Part shown: one piece after another, positions 28,301-43,300 of the stretch
Position numbering within the stretch: position 1 is the first letter of the stretch
Layout of the letters: every line of letters starts with the position of its first letter
Assembly: GCA_051362555.1 (NCBI GenBank)
Contig: CM120647.1
Span: 3,224,001-3,288,000, forward strand
DNA: 64,000 nucleotides
Reading direction: 5' to 3'
Source: Lingula anatina
Lineage: Eukaryota > Animalia > Brachiopoda
The notes under the pieces: generated by a model
What the model was told of the DNA's origin: nothing
The model's database searches: none
The model's input: only the letters and a program-made list of their open reading frames with translations
Program-made: the position numbers and the translations under genes

Positions 28301-31300
28301 TGTCTGGTCAGGGCTAATTCCTATAGAAAAAACAGACAGCAAAAGACAACAGCAAGAGCAATGCTATGTCTCATCCATGTGTACAATAGATGGTATATGG
28401 CAAGCTTTAGGACATTGTCAAATGGTGTGCTAAACCCTATTCCAGAAACCGATTGTAAGGAGGAATCTGCATCTGGTATTGGTAGTAAGGAGATGTCTTA
28501 AATGGGTATATATTCTTTTCCAGAGGACAATTATGGGTAATTTGTCACCTCTTACACAAACAAACTCAAATCATAATATTTGATGTTTAATGTGAGTCTA
28601 ATTAGATGTTGTGAAATTGAAAAAAAAATATTGTAGATAATTCTCACTCTTCGCATACAAAATTTCAAACAACTACAATTCTATCACACACTGTCAATTG
28701 TTAAGCTTATCACAGATTTGTGTTATTGTTAAGCATCATCTTTCCAAATTTCACAAATCTTGAACAAGATTTGTGAAAATTATTAACGTTTAACTATTTT
28801 AAGCCATGGAATTTTGCAGTCTTAGCAATGTCATTTTCAGTTTTTTCACGTTTATATGCTCTGAAAATTCTTTTTCATGACACACAGTCAACTGATGAGC
28901 TTATCACAGATTTTTATTGTTGTTATGCATCATCTATCCAAATTTCACAAATATTAGACAAGATTTGTGAAAATTATTAACGTTTAACTATTTAAAGCCA
29001 AAGAATTTTGCAGTCTTTGCAATGTCATTTTCAGTTTTTTCACATTTATATGCTCTGAAAATTCTTTTTCATGAGACACAGTCAACCGATGAGCTTATCA
29101 CAGATTTTAATTATTGTTATGCATGATCTGTCCAAATTTCACAAATCTTGAACAAGATTTGTGAAAATTATTAACGTTAAACTATTTTAAGGCACCGCAT
29201 TTTGCAGTCTTTTCAGTGTCATTTTCAGTTTTCTCAATTTTGTTGTCCATAAAAATCTTTTTTTCTGAGACATAGTCAACTGATGAGCTTATCACAGATT
29301 TTTATTGTTGTTATGCATCATCTATCCAAATTTCACAAATATTAGACAAGATTTGTGAAAATTATTAACGTTTAACTATTTTAAGCCATGGAATTTGGCA
29401 GTCTTTTCAATGTCATTTCCAGTTTTCTCACATTTATATGCTCTGAAAATTCTTTTTCATGACACACAGTCAACTGATGAGCTTATCACAGATTTTTATT
29501 ATTGTTATGCATCATCTGTCCAAATTTCACAAATCTTGAACAAGATTTGTGAAAATTATTAACGTTTAACTATTTTAAGGTACCGCATTTTGCAGTCTTT
29601 TCAATGTCATTTTCAGTTTTCTCAATTTTATTGTCCAAAAAAATCTTTTTTATGAGACACAGTCAACTGATGAGCTTATCACAGATTTGTATTGTTGTTA
29701 TGCATCATCTATCCAAATTTCACAAATATTAGACAAGATTTGTGAAAATTATTAACGTTTAACTATTTTAAGCCATGGAATTTGGCAGTCGTTTCAGTGT
29801 TATCTTCAGTTTTCTCAAATTTATTGTCCAAAAAAAAATCTTTTTCATGAGACACAGTCAACTGATCAGCTTATCACAGATTTTTATTGTTGTTATGCAT
29901 CATCTATCCAAATTTCATAAATATTAGACAAGATTTGTGAAAATTATTAACGTTTAACTATTTTAAGCCATGGAATTTGGCAGTCTTAGCAATGTCATTT
30001 TCAGTTTTTTCACATTTATATGCTCTGAAAATTCTTTTTCATGAGACACAGTCAACTGATGAGCTTATCACAGATTTGTATTGTTGTTATGCGTCATCTC
30101 TCCAAATTCCACAAACATTAGACAAGATTTGTGAAAATTATTAACGTTTAACTATTTTAAGCCATGGAATTTGGCAGTCTTTTCAATGTCATTTTCAGTA
30201 TTTCTCAAATTTATATGTTCTGAAAATGTCCTTTTTATTAGACATAGTCAACTGTTTAGGTTAAGTTTATCAAAATTATTGTTCAACTATTTTAGTGTGG
30301 GAAATTTGTCAATTTTTAGAATTTTATTTTCACTTTTATCAAACATATTGTTCTTTTTCCAGGTGACCTTTTCCATACAGCGTGATGGCTTTTTTGGTGA
30401 ACTGATTCTTCCTGTCTGGTCAGGGCTAATTCCTATAGAAAAAACAGACAGCAAAAGACAACAGCAAGAGCAATGCTATGTCTCATCCATGTGTACAATA
30501 GATGGTATATGGCAAGCTTTAGGACATTGTCAAATGGTGTGCTAAACCCTATTCCAGAAACCGATTGTAAGGAGGAATCTGCATCTGGTATTGGTAGTAA
30601 GGAGATGTCTTAAATGGGTATATATTCTTTTCCAGAGGACAATTATGGGTAATTTGTCACCTCTTACACAAACAAACTCAAATCATAATATTTGATGTTT
30701 AATGTGAGTCTAATTAGATGTTGTGAAATTGAAAAAAAAATATTGTAGATAATTCTCACTCTTCGCATACAAAATTTCAAACAACTACAATTCTATCACA
30801 CACTGTCAATTGTTAAGCTTATCACAGATTTGTGTTATTGTTAAGCATCATCTTTCCAAATTTCACAAATCTTGAACAAGATTTGTGAAAATTATTAACG
30901 TTTAACTATTTTAAGCCATGGAATTTTGCAGTCTTAGCAATGTCATTTTCAGTTTTTTCACATTTATATGCTCTGAAAATTCTTTTTCATGACACAAAGT
31001 CAACTGATGAGCTTATCACAGATTTTTATTGTTGTTATGCATCATCTATCCAAATTTCACAAATATTAGACAAGATTTGTGAAAATTATTAACGTTTAAC
31101 TATTTTAAGGCACTGCATTTTGCAGTCTTTTCAATGTCATTTTCAGTTTTCTCAATTTTATTGTCCAAAAAAATCTTTTTTATGAGACACAGTCAACTGA
31201 TGAGCTTATCACAGATTTTTATTGTTGTTATGCATCATCTATCCAAATTTCACAAATATTAGACAAGATTTGTGAAAATTAATAACGTTTAACTATTTTA

Positions 31301-34300
31301 AGGCACCGCATTTTGCAGTCTTTTCAATGTCATTTTCAGTATTTCTCAAATTTATATGTTCTGAAAATGTCCTTTTTATTAGACATAATCATCTGTTTAG
31401 GTCAAGTTTATCAAAATTATTGTTCAACTATTTTAGTGTGGGAAATTTGTCAATTTTTAGAATTTAATTTTCACTTTTATCAAACATATTGTTCTTTTTC
31501 CAGGTGACCTTTTCCATACAGCGTGATGGCTTTTTTGGTGAACTGATTCTTCCTGTCTGGTCAGGGCTAATTCCTATAGAAAAAACAGACAGCAAAAGAC
31601 AACAGCAAGAGCAATGCTATGTCTCATCCATGTGTACAATAGATGGTATATGGCAAGCTTTAGGACATTGTCAAATGGTGTGCTAAACCCTATTCCAAAA
31701 AACCGATTGTAAGGAGGAATCTGCATCTGGTATTGGTAGTAAGGAGATGTCTTAAATGGGTATATATTCTTTTCCAGAGGACAATTATGGGTAATTTGTC
31801 ACCTCTTACACAAACAAACTCAAATCATAATATTTGATGTTTAATGTGAGTCTAATTAGATGTGAAATTGAAAAAGAAATATTGTAGATAATTCTCACTC
31901 TTCGCATACAAAATGTCAAACAACTACAATTCTATCATGCACTGTCAACTGTTAAGCTTATCACAGATTTTTGTTATTGTTAAGCATCATCTCTCCAAAT
32001 TTCACAAATGTTGAACAAGTTTTGTGAAAATTATTAACGTTTAACTATTTTAAGGCACCGCATTTTGCAGTCTTCTCAGTGTCATTTTCAATTTTCTCAA
32101 ATTTATTGTCCAAAAAAATCTTTTTAATGAGCCACAGTCAACTGATGAGCTTATCACAGATTTTTATTGTTGTTATGCATCATCTATCCAAATTTCACAA
32201 ATATTAGACAAGATTTGTGAAAATTATTAACGTTTAACTATTTTAAGCCATGGAATTTGGCAGTCTTTTCAATGTCATTTCCAGTTTTCTCACATTTATA
32301 TGCTCTGAAAATTCTTTTTCATGACACACAGTCAACTGATGAGCTTATCACAGATTTTTATTATTGTTATGCATCATCTGTCCAAATTTCACAAATCTTG
32401 AACAAGATTTGTGAAAATTATTAACGTTTAACTATTTTAAGGCACCGCATTTTGCAGTCTTTTCAATGTCATTTTCAGTTTTCTCAATTTTATTGTCTAA
32501 AAAAATCTTTTTTATGAGACACAGTCAACTGATGAGCTTATCACAGATTTTTATTGTTGTTATGCATCATCTATCCAAATTTCACAAATATTAGACAAGA
32601 TTTGTGAAAATTATTAACGTTTAACTATTTTAAGCCATGGAATTTGGCAGTCGTTTCAGTGTTATCTTCAGTTTTCTCAAATTTATTGTCCAAAAAAAAA
32701 TCTTTTTCATGAGACACAGTCAACTGATCAGCTTATCACAGATTTTTATTGTTGTTATGCATCATCTATCCAAATTTCATAAATATTAGACAAGATTTGT
32801 GAAAATTATTAACGTTTAACTATTTTAAGCCATGGAATTTTGCAGTCTTAGCAATGTCATTTTCAGTTTTTTCACATTTATATGCTCTGAAAATTCTTTT
32901 TCATGACACACAGTCAACTGATGAGCTTATCACAGATTTTTATTGTTGTTATGCATCATCTATCCAAATTTCACAAATATTAGACAAGATTTGTGAAAAT
33001 TATTAACGTTTAACTATTTTAAGCCATGGAATTTGGCAGTCTTTTCAATGTCATTTTCAGTATTTCTCAAATTTATATGTTCTGAAAATGTCCTTTTTAT
33101 TAGACATAGTCAACTGTTTAGGTTAAGTTTATCAAAATTATTGTTCAACTATTTTAGTGTGGGAAATTTGTCAATTTTTAGAATTTAATTTTCACTTTTA
33201 TCAAACATATTGTTCTTTTTCCAGGTGACCTTTTCCATACAGCGTGATGGCTTTTTTGGTGAACTGATTCTTCCTGTCTGGTCAGGGCTAATTCCTATAG
33301 AAAAAACAGACAGCAAAAGACAACAGCAAGAGCAATGCTATGTCTCATCCATGTGTACAATAGATGGTATATGGCAAGCTTTAGGACATTGTCAAATGGT
33401 GTGCTAAACCCTATTCCAGAAACCGATTGTAAGGAGGAATCTGCATCTGGTATTGGTAGTAAGGAGATGTCTTAAATGGGTATATATTCTTTTCCAGAGG
33501 ACAATTATGGGTAATTTGTCACCTCTTACACAAACAAACTCAAATCATAATATTTGATGTTTAATGTGAGTCTAATTAGATGTTGTGAAATTGAAAAAAA
33601 AAATATTATAGATAATTCTCACTCTTCGCATACAAAATTTCAAACAACTACAATTCTATCACACACTGTCAATTGTTAAGCTTATCACAGATTTGTGTTA
33701 TTGTTAAGCATCATCTTTCCAAATTTCACAAATCTTGAACAAGATTTGTGAAAATTATTAACGTTTAACTATTTTAAGCCATGGAATTTTGCAGTCTTAG
33801 CAATGTCATTTTCAGTTTTTTCACATTTATATGCTCTGAAAATTCTTTTTCATGACACACAGTCAACTGATGAGCTTATCACAGATTTTTATTGTTGTTA
33901 TGCATCATCTATCCAAATTTCACAAATATTAGACAAGATTTGTGAAAATTATTAACGTTTAACTATTTTAAGCCATGGAATTTTGCAGTCTTTGTAATGT
34001 CATTTTCAATTTTTTCACATTTATATGCTCTGAAAATTCTTTTTCATGACACACAGTCAACTGATGAGCTTATCACAGATTTTTATTATTGTTATGCATC
34101 ATCTGTCCAAATTTCACAAATCTTGAACAAGATTTGTGAAAATTATTAACGTTTAACTATTTTAAGGCACCGCATTTTGCAGTCTTTTCAATGTCATTTT
34201 CAGTTTTCTCAATTTTATTGTCCAAAAAAATCTTTTTTTATGGGACATAGTCAACTGATGAGCTTATCACAGATTTTTATTGTTGTTATGCATCATCTAT

Positions 34301-37300
34301 CCAAATTTCACAAATATTAGACAAGATTTGTGAAAATTAATAACGTTTAACTATTTTAAGGCACCGCATTTTGCAGTCTTTTCAATGTCATTTTCAGTAT
34401 TTCTCAAATTTATATGTTCTGAAAATGTCCTTTTTATTAGACATAATCAACTGTTTAGGTCAAGTTTATCAAAATTATTGTTCAACTATTTTAGTGTGGG
34501 AAATTTGTCAATTTTTAGAATTTAATTTTCACTTTTATCAAACATATTGTTCTTTTTCCAGGTGACCTTTTCCATACAGCGTGATGGCTTTTTTGGTGAA
34601 CCGATTCTTCCTGTCTGGTCAGGGCTAATTCCTATAGAAAAAACAGACAGCAAAAGACAACAGCAAGAGCAATGCTATGTCTCATCCATGTGTACAATAG
34701 ATGGTATATGGCAAGCTTTAGGACATTGTCAAATGGTGTGCTAAACCCTATTCCAAAAAACCGATTGTAAGGAGGAATCTGCATCTGGTATTGGTAGTAA
34801 GGAGATGTCTTAAATGGGTATATATTCTTTTCCAGAGGACAATTATGGGTAATTTGTCACCTCTTACACAAACAAACTCAAATCATAATATTTGATGTTT
34901 AATGTGAGTCTAATTAGATGTGAAATTGAAAAAAAAAATTTTGTAGATAATTCACACTCTTCGCATACAAAATGTCAAACAACTACAATTCTATTACGCA
35001 CTGTCAACTGTTAAGCTTATCACAGATTTTTGTTATTGTTAAGCATCATCTCTCCAAATTTCACAAATGTTGAACAAGTTTTGTGAAAATTATTAACGTT
35101 TAACTATTTTAAGGCACCGCATTTTGCAGTCTTCTCAGTGTCATTTTCAATTTTCTCAAATTTATTGTCCAAAAAAATCTTTTTAATGAGCCACAGTCAA
35201 CTGATGAGCTTATCACAGATTTTTATTGTTGTTATGCATCATCTATCCAAATTTCACAAATATTAGACAAGATTTGTGAAAATTATTAACGTTTAACTAT
35301 TTTAAGCCATGGAATTTGGCAGTCTTTTCAATGTCATTTTCAGTTTTCTCACATTTATATGCTCTCAAAAATGTTTTTCATGACACACAGTAAACTGATG
35401 AGCTTATCACAGATTTTTATTATTGTTATGCATCATCTGTCCAAATTTCACAAATCTTGAACAAGATTTGTGAAAATTATTAACGTTTAACTATTTTAAG
35501 GCACCGCATTTTGCAGTCTTTTCAATGTCATTTTCAGTTTTCTCAATTTTATTGTCCAAAAAAATCTTTTTTTATGGGACATAGTCAACTGATGAGCTTA
35601 TCACAGATTTTTATTGTTGTTATGCATCATCTATCCAAATTTCACAAATATTAGACAAGATTTGTGAAAATTATTAACGTTTAACTATCTTAAGCCATGG
35701 AATTTGGCAGTCTTTTCAATGTCATTTTCAGTATTTCTCAAATTTATATGTTCTGAAAATGTCCTTTTTATTAGACATAGTCAACTGTTTAGGTTAAGTT
35801 TATCAAAATTATTGTTCAACTATTTTAGTGTGGGAAATTTGCAATTTTTAGAATTTAATTTTCACTTTTATCAAACATATTGTTCTTTTTCCAGGTGACC
35901 TTTTCCATACAGCGTGATGGCTTTTTTGGTGAACTGATTCTTCCTGTCTGGTCAGGGCTAATTCCTATAGAAAAAACAGACAGCAAAAGACAACAGCAAG
36001 AGCAATGCTATGTCTCATCCATGTATACAATAGATGGTATATGGCAAGCTTTAGGACATTGTCAAATGGTGTGCTAAACCCTATTCCAGAAACCGATTGT
36101 AAGGAGGAATCTGCATCTGGTATTGGTAGTAAGGAGATGTCTTAAATGGGTATATATTCTTTTCCAGAGGACAATTATGGGTAATTTGTCACCTCTTACA
36201 CAAACAAACTCAAATCATAATATTTGATGTTTAATGTGAGTCTAATTAGATGTGAAATTGAAAAAAAAATATTGTAGATAATTCTCAATCTCCGCATACA
36301 AAATGTCAAACAACTACAATTCTATCACGCACTGTCAACTGTTAAGCTTATCACAGATTTTTGTTATTGTTAAGCATCATCTCTCCAAATTTCACAAATA
36401 TTGAACAAGTTTTGTGAAAATTATTAACGTTTAACTATTTTAAGGCACCGCATTTTGCAGTCTTCTCAGTGTCATTTTCAATTTTCTCAAATTTATTGTC
36501 CAAAAAAATCTTTTTAATGAGCCACAGTCAACTGATGAGCTTATCACAGATTTTTATTGTTGTTATGCATCATCTATCCAAATTTCACAAATATTAGACA
36601 AGATTTGTTAAAATTAATAACGTTTAACTATTTTAAGGCACCGCATTTTGCAGTCTTTTCAATGTCATTTTCAGTTTTCTCAATTTTATTGTCCAAAAAA
36701 ATCTTTTTTTATGAGACATAGTCAACTGATGAGCTTATCACAGATTTTCATTATTGTTATGCATCATCTATCCAAATTTCACAAATATTAGACAAGATTT
36801 GTGAAAATTAATAACGTTTAACTATTTTAAGGCACCGCATTTTGCAGTCTTTTCAATGTCATTTTCAGTATTTCTCAAATTTATATGTTCTGAAAATGTC
36901 CTTTTTATTAGACATAAGCAACTGTTTAGGTCAAGTTTATCAAAATTATTGTTCAACTATTTTAGTGTGGGAAATTTGTCAATTTTTAGAATTTAATTTT
37001 CACTTTTATCAAACATATTGTTCTTTTTCCAGGTGACCTTTTCCATACAGCGTGATGGCTTTTTTGGTGAACTGATTCTTCCTGTCTGGTCAGGGCTAAT
37101 TCCTATAGAAAAAACAGACAGCAAAAGACAACAGCAAGAGCAATGCTATGTCTCATCCATGTGTACAATAGATGGTATATGGCAAGCTTTAGGACATTGT
37201 CAAATGGTGTGCTAAACCCTATTCCAGAAACCGATTGTAAGGAGGAATCTGCATCTGGTATTGGTAGTAAGGAGATGTCTTAAATGGGTATATATTCTTT

Positions 37301-40300
37301 TCCAGAGGACAATTATGGGTAATTTGTCACCTCTTACACAAACAAACTCAAATCATAATATTTGATGTTTAATGTGAGTCTAATTAGATGTGAAATTGAA
37401 AAAAAAATATTGTAGATAATTCTCAATCTCCGCATACAAAATGTCAAACAACTACAATTCTATCACGCACTGTCAACTGTTAAGCTTATCACAGATTTTT
37501 GTTATTGTTAAGCATCATCTCTCCAAATTTCACAAATATTGAACAAGTTTTGTGAAAATTATTAACGTTTAACTATTTTAAGGCACCGCATTTTGCAGTC
37601 TTCTCAGTGTCATTTTCAATTTTCTCAAATTTATTGTCCAAAAAAATCTTTTTAATGATCCACAGTCAACTGATGAGCTTATCACAGATTTTTATTGTTG
37701 TTATGCATCATCTATCCAAATTTCACAAATATTAGACAAGATTTGTGAAAATTATTAACGTTTAACTATTTTAAGCCATGGAATTTGGCAGTCTTTTCAA
37801 TGTCATTTCCAGTTTTCTCACATTTATATGCTCTGAAAATTCTTTTTCATGACACACAGTCAACTGATGAGCTTATCACAGATTTTTATTATTGTTATGC
37901 ATCATCTGTCCAAATTTCACAAATCTTGAACAAGATTTGTGAAAATTATTAACGTTTAACTATTTTAAGGCACCGCATTTTGCAGTCTTTTCAATGTCAT
38001 TTTCAGTTTTCTCAATTTTATTGTCTAAAAAAATCTTTTTTATGAGACACAGTCAACTGATGAGCTTATCACAGATTTTTATTGTTGTTATGCATCATCT
38101 ATCCAAATTTCACAAATATTAGACAAGATTTGTGAAAATTATTAACGTTTAACTATTTTAAGCCATGGAATTTGGCAGTCGTTTCAGTGTTATCTTCAGT
38201 TTTCTCAAATTTATTGTCCAAAAAAAAATCTTTTTCATGAGACACAGTCAACTGATCAGCTTATCACAGATTTTTATTGTTGTTATGCATCATCTATCCA
38301 AATTTCATAAATATTAGACAAGATTTGTGAAAATTATTAACGTTTAACTATTTTAAGCCATGGAATTTTGCAGTCTTAGCAATGTCATTTTCAGTTTTTT
38401 CACATTTATATGCTCTGAAAATTCTTTTTCATGAGACACAGTCAACTGATGAGCTTATCACAGATTTGTATTGTTGTTATGCGTCATCTCTCCAAATTCC
38501 ACAAACATTAGACAAGATTTGTGAAAATTATTAACGTTTAACTATTTTAAGCCATGGAATTTGGCAGTCTTTTCAATGTCATTTTCAGTATTTCTCAAAT
38601 TTATATGTTCTGAAAATGTCCTTTTTATTAGACATAGTCAACTGTTTAGGTTAAGTTTATCAAAATTATTGTTCAACTATTTTAGTGTGGGAAATTTGTC
38701 AATTTTTAGAATTTAATTTTCACTTTTATCAAACATATTGTTCTTTTTCCAGGTGACCTTTTCCATACAGCGTGATGGCTTTTTTGGTGAACTGATTCTT
38801 CCTGTCTGGTCAGGGCTAATTCCTATAGAAAAAACAGACAGCAAAAGACAACAGCAAGAGCAATGCTATGTCTCATCCATGTGTACAATAGATGGTATAT
38901 GGCAAGCTTTAGGACATTGTCAAATGGTGTGCTAAACCCTATTCCAGAAACCGATTGTAAGGAGGAATCTGCATCTGGTATTGGTAGTAAGGAGATGTCT
39001 TAAATGGGTATATATTCTTTTCCAGAGGACAATTATGGGTAATTTGTCACCTCTTACACAAACAAACTCAAATCATAATATTTGATGTTTAATGTGAGTC
39101 TAATTAGATGTTGTGAAATTGAAAAAAAAATATTGTAGATAATTCTCACTCTTCGCATACAAAATTTCAAACAACTACAATTCTATCACACACTGTCAAT
39201 TGTTAAGCTTATCACAGATTTGTGTTATTGTTAAGCATCATCTTTCCAAATTTCACAAATCTTGAACAAGATTTGTGAAAATTATTAACGTTTAACTATT
39301 TTAAGCCATGGAATTTTGCAGTCTTAGCAATGTCATTTTCAGTTTTTTCACGTTTATATGCTCTGAAAATTCTTTTTCATGACACACAGTCAACTGATGA
39401 GCTTATCACAGATTTTTATTGTTGTTATGCATCATCTATCCAAATTTCACAAATATTAGACAAGATTTGTGAAAATTATTAACGTTTAACTATTTAAAGC
39501 CAAAGAATTTTGCAGTCTTTGCAATGTCATTTTCAGTTTTTTCACATTTATATGCTCTGAAAATTCTTTTTCATGAGACACAGTCAACCGATGAGCTTAT
39601 CACAGATTTTAATTATTGTTATGCATGATCTGTCCAAATTTCACAAATCTTGAACAAGATTTGTGAAAATTATTAACGTTAAACTATTTTAAGGCACCGC
39701 ATTTTGCAGTCTTTTCAGTGTCATTTTCAGTTTTCTCAATTTTATTGTCCATAAAAATCTTTTTTTATGAGACATAGTCAACTGATGAGCTTATCACAGA
39801 TTTTTATTGTTGTTATGCATCATCTATCCAAATTTCACAAATATTAGACAAGATTTGTGAAAATTATTAACGTTTAACTATTTTAAGCCATGGAATTTGG
39901 CAGTCTTTTCAATGTCATTTCCAGTTTTCTCACATTTATATGCTCTGAAAATTCTTTTTCATGACACACAGTCAACTGATGAGCTTATCACAGATTTTTA
40001 TTATTGTTATGCATCATCTGTCCAAATTTCACAAATCTTGAACAAGATTTGTGAAAATTATTAACGTTTAACTATTTTAAGGTACCGCATTTTGCAGTCT
40101 TTTCAATGTCATTTTCAGTTTTCTCAATTTTATTGTCCAAAAAAATCTTTTTTATGAGACACAGTCAACTGATGAGCTTATTACAGATTTTTATTGTTGT
40201 TATGCATCATCTATCCAAATTTCACAAATATTAGACAAGATTTGTGAAAATTATTAACGTTTAACTATTTTAAGCCATGGAATTTGGCAGTCGTTTCAGT

Positions 40301-43300
40301 GTTATCTTCAGTTTTCTCAAATTTATTGTCCAAAAAAAATCTTTTTCATGAGACACAGTCAACTGATCAGCTTATCACAGATTTTTATTGTTGTTATGCA
40401 TCATCTATCCAAATTTCATAAATATTAGACAAGATTTGTGAAAATTATTAACGTTTAACTATTTTAAGCCATGGAATTTTGCAGTCTTAGCAATGTCATT
40501 TTCAGTTTTTTCACATTTATATGCTCTGAAAATTCTTTTTCATGAGACACAGTCAACTGATGAGCTTATCACAGATTTGTATTGTTGTTATGCGTCATCT
40601 CTCCAAATTCCACAAACATTAGACAAGATTTGTGAAAATTATTAACGTTTAACTATTTTAAGCCATGGAATTTGGCAGTCTTTTCAATGTCATTTTCAGT
40701 ATTTCTCAAATTTATATGTTCTGAAAATGTCTTTTTTATTAGACATAGTCAACTGTTTAGGTTAAGTTTATCAAAATTATTGTTCAACTATTTTAGTGTG
40801 GGAAATTTGTCAATTTTTAGAATTTTATTTTCACTTTTATCAAACATATTGTTCTTTTTCCAGGTGACCTTTTCCATACAGCGTGATGGCTTTTTTGGTG
40901 AACTGATTCTTCCTGTCTGGTCAGGGCTAATTCCTATAGAAAAAACAGACAGCAAAAGACAACAGCAAGAGCAATGCTATGTCTCATCCATGTGTACAAT
41001 AAATGGTATATGGCAAGCTTTAGGACATTGTCAAATGGTGTGCTAAACCCTATTCCAGAAACCGATTGTAAGGAGGAATCTGCATCTGGTATTGGTAGTA
41101 AGGAGATGTCTTAAATGGGTATATATTCTTTTCCAGAGGACAATTATGGGTAGTTTGTCACCTCTTACACAAACAAACTCAAATCATAATATTTGATGTT
41201 TAATGTGAGTCTAATTAGATGTTGTGAAATTGAAAAAAAAATATTGTAGATAATTCTCACTCTTCGCATACAAAATTTCAAACAACTACAATTCTATCAC
41301 ACACTGTCAATTGTTAAGCTTATCACAGATTTGTGTTATTGTTAAGCATCATCTTTCCAAATTTCACAAATCTTGAACAAGATTTGTGAAAATTATTAAC
41401 GTTTAACTATTTTAAGCCATGGAATTTTGCAGTCTTAGCAATGTCATTTTCAGTTTTTTCACATTTATATGCTCTGAAAATTCTTTTTCATGACACACAG
41501 TCAACTGATGAGCTTATCACAGATTTTTATTGTTGTTATGCATCATCTATCCAAATTTCACAAATATTAGACAAGATTTGTGAAAATTATTAACGTTTAA
41601 CTATTTTAAGCCATGGAATTTTGCAGTCTTTGTAATGTCATTTTCAGTTTTTTCACATTTATATGCTCTGAAAATTCTTTTTCATGACACACAGTCAACT
41701 GATGAGCTTATCACAGATTTTTATTATTGTTATGCATCATCTGTCCAAATTTCACAAATCTTGAACAAGATTTGTGAAAATTATTAACGTTTAACTATTT
41801 TAAGGCACCGCATTTTGCAGTCTTTTCAATGTCATTTTCAGTTTTCTCAATTTTATTGTCCAAAAAAATCTTTTTTTATGGGACATAGTCAACTGATGAG
41901 CTTATCACAGATTTTTATTGTTGTTATGCATCATCTATCCAAATTTCACAAATATTAGACAAGATTTGTGAAAATTAATAACGTTTAACTATTTTAAGGC
42001 ACCGCATTTTGCAGTCTTTTCAATGTCATTTTCAGTATTTCTCAAATTTATATGTTCTGAAAATGTCCTTTTTATTAGACATAAGCAACTGTTTAGGTCA
42101 AGTTTATCAAAATTATTGTTCAACTATTTTAGTGTGGGAAATTTGTCAATTTTTAGAATTTAATTTTCACTTTTATCAAACATATTGTTCTTTTTCCAGG
42201 TGACCTTTTCCATACAGCGTGATGGCTTTTTTGGTGAACTGATTCTTCCTGTCTGGTCAGGGCTAATTCCTATAGAAAAAACAGACAGCAAAAGACAACA
42301 GCAAGAGCAATGCTATGTCTCATCCATGTGTACAATAGATGGTATATGGCAAGCTTTAGGACATTGTCAAATGGTGTGCTAAACCCTATTCCAAAAAACC
42401 GATTGTAAGGAGGAATCTGCATCTGGTATTGGTAGTAAGGAGATGTCTTAAATGGGTATATATTCTTTTCCAGAGGACAATTATGGGTAATTTGTCACCT
42501 CTTACACAAACAAACTCAAATCATAATATTTGATGTTTAATGTGAGTCTAATTAGATGTGAAATTGAAAAAAAAAATTTTGTAGATAATTCACACTCTTC
42601 GCATACAAAATGTCAAACAACTACAATTCTATTACACACTGTCAACTGTTAAGCTTATCACAGATTTTTGTTATTGTTAAGCATCATCTCTCCAAATTTC
42701 ACAAATGTTGAACAAGTTTTGTGAAAATTATTAACGTTTAACTATTTTAAGGCACCGCATTTTGCAGTCTTCTCAGTGTCATTTTCAATTTTCTCAAATT
42801 TATTGTCCAAAAAAATCTTTTTAATGAGCCACAGTCAACTGATGAGCTTATCACAGATTTTTATTGTTGTTATGCATCATCTATCCAAATTTCACAAATA
42901 TTAGACAAGATTTGTGAAAATTATTAACGTTTAACTATTTTAAGCCATGGAATTTGGCAGTCTTTTCAATGTCATTTTCAGTTTTCTCACATTTATATGC
43001 TCTCAAAAATGTTTTTCATGACACACAGTAAACTGATGAGCTTATCACAGATTTTTATTATTGTTATGCATCATCTGTCCAAATTTCACAAATCTTGAAC
43101 AAGATTTGTGAAAATTATTAACGTTTAACTATTTTAAGGCACCGCATTTTGCAGTCTTTTCAATGTCATTTTCAGTTTTCTCAATTTTATTGTCCAAAAA
43201 AATCTTTTTTTATGGGACATAGTCAACTGATGAGCTTATCACAGATTTTTATTGTTGTTATGCATCATCTATCCAAATTTCACAAATATTAGACAAGATT